A DNA stretch of 20,000 bases from Catajapyx aquilonaris (lineage: Eukaryota): assembly GCA_000934665.2 (NCBI GenBank), contig JYFJ02001843.1, positions 48,367 through 68,366 on the forward strand. The letters run 5' to 3'. The notes beneath the pieces are model-generated. The model saw only the letters and a program-made list of their open reading frames with translations. It was not told where the DNA came from and did not search any database. Positions 12,893 to 20,000 of this stretch are shown here, one piece after another. Position 1 is the stretch's first letter, and each line of letters starts with the position of its first letter. A program made the translations under genes and the position numbers.

Positions 12893-13721
12893 TTATAGTA
12901 GTATATTAGTGTGTACGTGATGTGGATGCGAATTCCCAGGTGTTGGTATCAATTGGATCAAGTGTTCGGGGGCAATCTGTCTCTTGCTAAATCTGAATTT
13001 CAACAGCTCCCAAATGAAGACCACAAAAGCAAAGGCCATTATGACGAAATGGCCCACAAGGGGGGTCATGAACTGGCTTAGCTTCAAAGCCATGGAGGGC
13101 TGGTAAGACAGGTTTTTCTCCCTGGCCGATGTCAGCGCAGGCAACTTTAACCTATGGACAAATTGGGAGTTGAAATGCGGATATAAGCCAGCCATGTTAA
13201 AATTATATTCCATTCTTTTCAGGGAGTGCTCAATGACTGAATACTTCGTCACGGCGTAACCTGCTTCGCATAAAAGGGAATTGTCAGGGACTATGATGGC
13301 AGGTATTACTCCGTCTAAATCCATGAGTTGAGCAATCATGGCTGTCAATATTATATGAACAGAGAAGCAAGCAAAGTCCTCTTCTATCACCCTCTGGACG
13401 CATTCCATCATTCCCCCGCCCTTTTGCATGTTTGCCTTTAGATTGCTGTGGTAATCGACTTCTGACAAATCAGTCATCAAGTATATGTAATCATACACGA
13501 TATTCGTGATCCCCCATTCCCATCCTTCCGACAACGCCAGCTCCTTGATGCTCATCGGAAGCTTCTCCTCTTCTGGCGACACCAGAAAGGCGAAGAACTT
13601 GGAGTCGTATGCGCAGACCAGGATGTCACACACGAGGGCCCAGACACATATCAGCACACGAACAGGAGTTGCTGTCGGGATCAGGTTGGGATTCTCCTCG
13701 ATAATAGCCGAAAAGACGAAT
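12893..13721 (-). CDS. Divergent ionotropic receptor (IR), exon 2: pore loop, second TM helix, S2 ligand-binding half, last TM helix, C-tail
   Basis: Acceptor ttctcccag|A at 13722/13721 completes an Arg codon (AG|A) in frame with ORF 12893..13657. Translation RFVFSAIIEENP...VRVLICVWALVCDILVCAYDSKFFAFLVSP...FNMAGLYPHF...ALKLSQFMTPLVGHFVIMAFAFVVFIWELL fits the IR/iGluR channel layout. Stop TAA at 12895-12893. Confidence 0.9.
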
Positions 13722-13960
13722 CTGGGAGAATTTATAATAATGATTTGTAATACTTATTACGGTACGTATTAATAAAGGCTAAAAACCAACCGTGCTTTGG
13801 TACAAAAAAAACAACATCGTACTGTGAAAGTACTCGTTTCAAATGCAGTCATAACTGATGAAGATCACGTTTTCTTTTGCCAACCTTTCGATTCTAGGTG
13901 TGTATCGTAGGGGGGGGGGGGCGTTTTAATAGAGGCGTCTACTTATGTGGGTCCAAGGTC

Positions 13961-14278
13961 CACGACAATTCTCCAGTTACGCACCTGTCGCGTTGTTCAA
14001 GATGCCATCAGAGACTGGGGCTTCCACGTGATGAATTATCCACCCTACAGTCTGGACCTGGCCCAGAGTGACTTCGTCACCTAAAAAAGAACTTCGTGGA
14101 CGTCATTGTGGCGCTGATAATGGAATTTTTTTCAAGTGGGATCGGATCATTTTCCGACAAATGACGAAAGTGCGTTGAGATGAAGGGAGATTACGTCGAG
14201 AAAAAAATGACATTGTGTGAGTTGTAACACATGCCTTTCATACCTAGGTCGTTGTTAACTTTTTGACCCTCCCTCGTA
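13961..14278 (+). mobile_element. Mariner (Tc1/mariner) transposon 3' remnant, degenerate
   Basis: HDN (13961), YPPYSLDLAQSDF (14037-14075; mariner HPPYSPDLAPSDF), KCVEMKGDYVEK (14168-14203), and right TIR AACTTTTTGACCCTCCCTCG plus TA (14277-14278). The Asp-Asp spacing of 106 nt fits DD34D with a 1-nt frameshift. Confidence 0.85.
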
Positions 14279-14284
14279 TGTTTA

Positions 14285-15142
14285 AGGAGGGGTCATCCAA
14301 AATCTGTGCCAAAAGCTCCAGTAAGTGACAAATTAGGAGATTTTGAATGGACTATGGCCCAAAATTTTGGCCATGTGCCTAGCAGGTACATTGGAAAGCA
14401 GTACAAAAAAGTTGAAGACAACAGAAACGGATGGACAATTTGCATATACACGATTATTTTGTTGGTGACAGTGTGTATGCATGCTGAAGGATAGTAAGTG
14501 TGTAGTCTATGTGAAGAATTTCATTGTGTATGAGGGAAAGCTTGCCACTGTGTACATTTCAAGAGTAGGCTACAAGGATTTGTATGCATATCCAGTTCCA
14601 TCCTCAACATTGAGCATTTATGTAGTGGACAAGCCATCAGACAATTTATTTACATCATATGCAACCGATATTGTAGCCAAATGTTTTCTCCTACGTTCAC
14701 CTCTGAAGAGGCTCAGTGGGTGTCAATACCCTTACGACATACATCATAATAACCGAATCATTTGATAACAAATTATATTATGATGTACGAAGCAGCAGGT
14801 ATGGCGTAACAGTTAGGTGTCACAATTGCGGGAGAGAGCTAGTTATCAATAAAAGCAAAAATTTAGTGAACAAAACGTGACAATTATTTATCCTTTTTTC
14901 CTTTTCCTCAGTTTCCTAAAAAAACATTTGAGAGCCATATGGACATTAATACTCGTATTATAGGTCATAATCATGACACTATACAACGTCGTAAGGACGT
15001 CGCAGTGGCGTCCCAGAGAAGACGGTCGAGTTTGTGACATTTTACGTCTCTGGTACGTCAGATGATGACGTCAAAGGGACCAATATTTCGTCCCAATATG
15101 ATCAAATGGCGACGTCCCTGAGACGACACCTTGTTCCCTGGG
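14285..15142 (+). mobile_element. CMC/EnSpm-like DNA transposon, right half: frameshifted transposase C-terminus plus right terminus
   Basis: ORFs 14306..14494 and 14481..14765 read GKQYKKV...CMLKDSKCVVYVKNF...DLYAYPVPSSTLSIYVVDKPS...DIVAKCFLL, resembling insect EnSpm-type transposase C-termini (recalled, not searched). About 8 NNCGTC/GACGTC subterminal motifs at 14985-15116 end in CTGGG (15138-15142), the CCCAG-type terminus of animal EnSpm elements. Confidence 0.65.
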
Positions 15143-15384
15143 GCGTCATTCAAAGATTCAAACCTTAGTGAGATTTATCTTTTCCCTCTATCATTGAATC
15201 AGTATTTTTTGTTACCCATTTAGAGTTATCGATTCATGATTTCTGGTGATGGATAAGTTGAATATTATTTTCATGTCTGTTTTTGTGCAATTTGGGTGCC
15301 AATTGAGTTGACTACATCTTTTAAATAGATTAGTAGGCGAAGGAAGAGATACGTATGTGTAAAGAGTAGGAGGTAACAAAGTAC

Positions 15385-16580
15385 CTCAAGGAATACAGGC
15401 TGAGATGTGGCGGGTGCTTGTGACCATCAGGAAACGGATTGTCAAATGATTCGGACTCCTTGAGGATCAGGTAAAAGGACAGGCTGACCACCAGACCAGT
15501 GACGAAGAGGGCAGCCCACATCCCCTTGGTGAAAGGCTTGAAGATTGCTGTCCAGGAGAACATGAGTCGAGGGGTTCGGATGGCGTATGTGTTGATGATT
15601 TGGAGTACGCATGTGGGAAAGTCCACAACCTTCAGCAACTCGTCTGAGCAGTACATGCCACTCAGCATGATCTCTTTCCTCTGCAGGGGTCCGGCCAAAC
15701 CGGTGAAGTTTCCGTCCGGCAGCATAGAGGGAGTCCCTTCAGGTTCAGGGTAATTTTCCGAGTGCCAATCGTAGTTGATCAAGTCGCTTAATATGAAATA
15801 ATGCATCAAGTAAGGCATGACAGGTAGGCCTTCCCGCACCATGAAAGCGATGTCTTCCTTAGTTACCTCAAATGGAAGCGATATGTTTACATACTTTCCA
15901 TGCAAATCATTGGTGTAGTCTGGGAAATATTCTGAGGGCACCTGGTGACCCGGGTGCCTCCCTCGTGCCATGACTTTTGGGTTGCCTCCATCGCAAAACT
16001 GGCAGAGGTTTCTGATGTCAAGGTACCGCGAAGCTGCGTCGTAGCTGAGGCCCATCTTGAAGCAAAAGTCCAAGTCGGTGTGGGTGAGTGCGAGGTCCAC
16101 GTCCGAGTTTGGAGTGAAGAAGACGAACCGGTCCGACCTAGGGTTCATCCTGACCAGACTGGCCACGTGCTTGACCAGGGGCACCAGGTTGGGGTTCTGA
16201 TGGTAGGCGAAGAGGAAGAGAGAGCAGGTGCTGATGAACCTAGACGTTGGTCTCTCCAGCCATGAGAACCAGTACTCGAAGCCTCCTTCCAAGTTACCAG
16301 GGTTGGGTCTTGGGGCCGGAGTGTCCCGTGCCCACCGGATGGACGCGGAGGTTCCTCCTCGGTCGAACACGTCTCTCAACAGCCCCCTCATCTCCCAGGG
16401 CAGTCTCTCGTAGTCGTGGCCCAAGACCAGAAGGCAATCTTCCTTCTCCCGGTGGATCTGCTTCACCAGGGATGACACCAGTCCTGCCGCTTCGTCATTA
16501 TTGGCGTTGTCAGTAACAATGGGAAGTCCATTGGCCAACAGTGGGATGCCCAGGAGCAGTTGGAGAACGGCCAGCATCAT
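15385..16580 (-). CDS. Divergent ionotropic receptor (IR), exon 1: signal peptide, N-terminal domain, S1 half, first TM helix
   Basis: ATG at 16580 starts a signal-peptide-like MMLAVLQLLLGIPLLANG. S1 motif PDGNFTGLAGPLQRKEI...VVDF. Pre-M1/M1 motif TPRLMFSWTAIFKPFTKGMWAALFVTGLVVSLSFYLIL. Uninterrupted frame with elevated GC. Confidence 0.9.
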
Positions 16581-16654
16581 GCAGGAGCGTGTGGCAAAGA
16601 CAGCTCCGGACAACCTTCTGGTAACCTACACGTCTCAGGCCTTTCGATTTTACC

Positions 16655-16670
16655 TTATAAATATATAAAT
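16655..16670 (-). promoter_or_regulatory. TATA-like box upstream of the IR start codon
   Basis: Minus strand ATTTATATATTTATAA lies 75-90 nt upstream of ATG 16580. Supported by position only. It is TATA-like on both strands. Confidence 0.35.
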
Positions 16671-16815
16671 TCACTCGCAGAATGCCGGTGACACGTGTCC
16701 CTATCTGGTCTCTTGATTCCTATCTGCCTGACCTTGGAATACGTACCATTTTACTAGGTAATTTATTCAGGAGCATTATGCATGGAAAATTATATGTGGT
16801 ATGTCGTTCACTCAT

Positions 16816-16950
16816 TCTGGAAACATGGGTGGAATTTTCGTCCCACTGATAGTTACTGCTAACTTATCAGTACCATTGCCAACACTGATACTGCTAAGTT
16901 TGCAGTAGCCTAACTATCAGAGGGACGAAAATTCCACCCATGATTTCAGA
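16816..16950. repeat. Fold-back inverted repeat / MITE-like palindrome
   Basis: CATGGGTGGAATTTTCGTCCCACTGATAGTTA (16824-16855) matches the reverse complement of 16911-16942 at 31/32 nt. Pairing continues imperfectly inward to a ~4-nt loop and outward to 16816/16950. Confidence 0.9.
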
Positions 16951-17540
16951 TGGCTCTTTCTAGCAAGGCATAAATTGTCCAAATCCTTTTTCTGTCATTG
17001 ATTATTTCATGCGGTTACACAATACTGAATTCAAACTCTGCCTGGAAAAGACTTATCTTATGCTAAGGTTTGGTTTGGTTTGGTTTATTCGGAAGAAGCC
17101 AAAGCAACTGTGGCTATCTGGCTGTAGAAGAAGCAAAGGTGGGACAGATGGAGAGAGAAACGAAGAGGAAAAAGAAGAGAGTAACACCAGGTAAGGAGTG
17201 ATTCCAAAACGAATTGAAGGCCACAGTTCAATAAGGGCCCAATTGTGAAAATTGAAAATGTCCAGGAAGCCAAAAAAAAACTTTTTTAATTCTGTTTCTG
17301 TTCATGGTAGGCAAGTGTGCTCTAAAGCTAATGACAGATATCTACAACATGAATACCTGACAGCACTTTCATCGAAATCGGCATGTAATTTATATTTTAT
17401 TTAAATACTCTTAATGCTCACAATTGGGCCCTTCTTGCATTGTAACGTACCTTTGGCTTAAATATGGAGAATAAACCGTCTCAGGATAAAATTAATGAAT
17501 GATTATGATATACAGGAGACATAGTATTCGCCTCAGTACA

Positions 17541-17580
17541 CATAATAATAATAATAATAATAATAATCATAATAATAATA

Positions 17581-17627
<47 letters not shown>
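17541..17627. repeat. Compound microsatellite CAT(AAT)8CAT(AAT)4(GAT)15
   Basis: Direct reading. It explains the poly-N/poly-D ORF 17499..17801. Confidence 0.97.
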
Positions 17628-17628
<1 letters not shown>

Positions 17629-17698
17629 GGTTGGGTAATGCTTTCACCCATCAGGGTTTATCGCATCGACCTTTATTATTAGCTGTTGGTGATGGTAG

Positions 17699-17770
17699 CA
17701 GTGGCGTCGCTAGGCAGGTGCGGGGGGTGCGGACCGCACCGGGTGCCACCCTCAAAGGGGGTGACACCCA
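17699..17770 (+). mobile_element. Left end of a hAT-like non-autonomous element
   Basis: Begins CAGTGGCGTCGCTAGG, followed by GC-rich subterminal motifs GGGTGCCACC (17741) and GGGTGACACC (17759). The same motif recurs at 18850. Confidence 0.5.
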
Positions 17771-17868
17771 AGTGATGTGTGAAATTTTTTGGAACCCTTG
17801 AGAGAATGTATGCTTTCTTTGCGGCTTCCACACATCGATGGAAACTATACGGAAATAATTTAAAGGTG

Positions 17869-18540
17869 TACGAGGTGTGATCAAAAAGTTCCCGGACTGT
17901 CGATATACCGTGAAATCCAGTGGAGGTACGAACTTGTGACGTTAGGGGGCGCTAGGTTACACCTTTCATCTATTACTCGTATTATCGTATTATCGTATTA
18001 TCGTAGTCTGAAAAATTTCGTCTTCATAGGTGCACATGTTTCCGAGTTTCGGCAGTTTTCTTGACACCGTGTTCTTGTGCTTCTGCGATTTTTCTAAATG
18101 GCTGATGTTAGGGAGCAAAAGATTTGTATTAAATTTTGCTTCCAGCTCAACAAAACTTCGGATGCAACCAACCGAATGCTGAACAAGGCTTTTGATGAGC
18201 AAGTTGTAAGACAAGCAAGTGGGTTAACAGCTTCGAAGGTGGCGCGTCAAGTTTGCAGAAAAATCAACTCACTCAATGCTGATCATTTTCTTTGACATTT
18301 TAGTAATTACGCATGTGGAGTTTCTCCCTCCTGGTAAAACTGTCAACGGCAAATATTAGGGCCTACTGGGATGGTTTGAGACGATTTAGGCTCAAATGGC
18401 CGGAGATGTGGAAGAACATATAGACTGGTTGCTGCACCATGACAATGCCGCCTGCACACACCTCACGCGTAGTCAGGGACTTCCTGATAAAAAATAACAT
18501 GACCACTGTTCCCCACCCTGCATATTCGTTTGTCCTGGCC
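17869..18540 (+). mobile_element. Mariner transposon, internally deleted and 3'-truncated pseudogene
   Basis: TA plus left TIR CGAGGTGTGATCAAAAAGTTCCCGGA. N-terminus MADVREQKICIKFCFQLNKT...MLNKAF at 18098. Frameshifted catalytic pieces follow: MLIIFFDI, HVEFLPPGKTVN, WPEMWKN, WLLHHDNA-PAHTSRVVRDFL, VPHPAYSFVLA. The sequence breaks off at 18540. Confidence 0.9.
17977..18005. repeat. (TCGTATTA)3.6 tandem repeat inside the mariner 5' region
   Basis: Direct reading. Confidence 0.9.
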
Positions 18541-18580
18541 AAGGGGGTACTCACTTCGGTACTCCGGTGTACACCTGCAG

Positions 18581-18620
18581 TGGTACTCCTTGGTACTCCC
18601 TGGTACTCCCTGGTGCTCCC
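18581..18620. repeat. Four tandem copies of the 10-mer TGGTACTCCC
   Basis: tggtactcct tggtactccc tggtactccc tggtgctccc. Additional GGTACTC copies at about 18546 and 18558. Confidence 0.9.
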
Positions 18621-18697
18621 AGACAATAAACAAATATGCCTCTAACTTCGGCAGCTTTTCTCTCTCGTGTCGTGCTTCCAATCCCAAGGGGCTAAAA

Positions 18698-18768
18698 AAT
18701 GGTGCCGGGGATCGAACCCGGGACCTTTCACATGCAAAGCGAACGCTCTACCACTGAGATACACCCCT
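18698..18768 (-). pseudogene. tRNA-Ala(TGC)-like sequence, probably a pseudogene or repeat-borne copy
   Basis: Minus strand AGGGGTGTATCTCAGTGGTAGAGCGTTCGCTTTGCATGTGAAAGGTCCCGGGTTCGATCCCCGGCACCATT. Anticodon arm intact (TGC at 18736-18734) and T arm/B box intact. The D stem has a T:C mismatch, and the acceptor stem is defective with no G3:U70. A T6 run follows directly after CACCA. Confidence 0.85.
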
Positions 18769-20000
18769 ACTTCGTAGGAGTTATTGCTTCATTACGAGGA
18801 GACCTATGAACATGTTCATAACACATAATATTGAACATAATTCCATGTAGGGTGACACCATGTCCAAATCTCCAAAAGAAGGGCATAGATGCTCTGTATA
18901 GGCTGTGTACAATACACACTATGATTATTATAGGCTACTAATAAATGCGCCTTTTTTACTTCAGCATAACCGAATCTACGATTTCAAACGTCCTATTTAA
19001 TGTCTCTGTCTCTATAAAGTGAGTGATGAGTGATGACCAATAGTTTCACAACTATCTGTTCTCTTCCTCAGATGCAGGACAGAGCTCCTGTTCACATAAA
19101 CACCCTGGAGGAGGAGGAGCAAGAAATGCAGAGAGGAACGCTCGAAGGAATATTGAAGCACCGTCATCACCGTCATACCTAGCAGAATCTACATCTATAC
19201 GTATGTGCGATTAAACAGACTAACTTTTTTCATATAATGCGTGTTGTGCCCGTATCTGTGGATCGGAAAAAACAAAAACAAGCTTGTTAATAAAGAACCT
19301 TGGGCACCGGGTTTTTACGGTACGACGAATTGGAAGTAGTCCAGAATTTCTTCCTCAATTTTTTTTTTGCACTACCCAAAAGTACGGCGGGTTATTTCCT
19401 TCGCCTGGAACTGAACATAGAAGCTTTGCAGGTCAGGTTTACGAGAGGTTTAGCCCGCTATATATCTAAGTTGAAACTAGCCCCCCCAGAATCTTTACTG
19501 TCTCAAGCTTGGCACCGAAACCGATCGGAACTGGTACATAAGAATAATAATTCCTGGCCGCGCCTAGTAATGAAACACCTGGCTGCAGAAAACGCACAGC
19601 CTCTGTCTCTGGATGACTTGGAGCCTCTGACCTGCACTGCGCATGTAATCTCACGTTTGCTGAACGCTGATGCGGCTAGACTACTTGGCACATCTCGCTA
19701 CTGTCAATTCAAAACAGCTTTCCTCAGTGGAGAAAATAACGTCGATTATATAACAGCCCAACTGCCCCTCCCTATTAAGGGGGCGCATGAGTAAAAATAC
19801 GGTAGGCGCATTTTTGAGGGAATGTTATTTTTTGTGGCGAAACGGATGGTTAATCGGAAAAATCACGCCGAAGGTGCCCTGCGGAAAGGTTTGGCCTTTA
19901 CTATTGTAACGGTATTCCGTTACCCCAGCACTTGCTCTCCCTTCCTACAATACACCCATCCTAAAACAGTCCATTTGTACATACGACCCTGCCATATCCA

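Larger units (their letters stand above)
13722..15384 (-). other. Phase-2 GT-AG intron of the IR gene (1663 bp)
   Basis: Donor TTGAG|GTACTT at 15385/15384 and acceptor TTCTCCCAG at 13722. Splicing gives a 2025-nt open CDS and restores ...LSLYSLR-FVFSAIIEE between the first TM helix and the pore loop. Confidence 0.85.

Noticed and set aside
15330..15384. C-terminal YFVTSYSLHIRISSFAY of ORF 15330..16613 (and its non-ATG start at 16613)
   Set aside because: Read-through into the intron past the donor at 15384. ATG 16580 with a signal peptide is the better start.
15499..16516. Plus-strand ORFs overlapping IR exon 1
   Set aside because: Antisense shadows of a GC-rich coding exon with no motifs of their own.
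14255..17896. Two mariner TIRs flanking IR exon 1 as a possible composite transposon
   Set aside because: The TIRs belong to elements extending away from the exon (right end first, left end later) and differ in sequence, so they are two separate elements.
18581..18620. Short repeats as a CRISPR-like array
   Set aside because: Contiguous 10-mers without spacers, in a eukaryotic context with no cas genes.
19300..19794. 164-aa plus-strand ORF
   Set aside because: Non-ATG start, crosses a poly-T run, and has no recognisable domain. Probably non-coding or repeat-derived.

Overview
Eukaryotic, most likely arthropod, genomic DNA: AT-rich, intron-containing and rich in decayed transposons. The one well-supported gene is a two-exon, minus-strand divergent ionotropic receptor (IR, the chemosensory iGluR offshoot): join(complement(15385..16580,12893..13721)), about 674 aa. 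Its 1663-bp intron holds a mariner 3' remnant and the right half of a CMC/EnSpm-type transposon. A ~135-bp near-perfect fold-back element lies about 240 bp upstream of the start codon. Further right is a nested repeat cluster: a hAT-like end, a deleted mariner, and an insert carrying a degenerate tRNA-Ala(TGC). The left part has a Helitron 3' end, a CACTA-like end, microsatellites and about 11 kb with no recognisable coding sequence. I see no evidence for a wholly new biological system. The best leads are the non-canonical IR, the upstream hairpin, the tRNA-bearing insert, a cluster of STAT-type sites and possible plus-strand exons. All family assignments come from motif recognition, not database searches.
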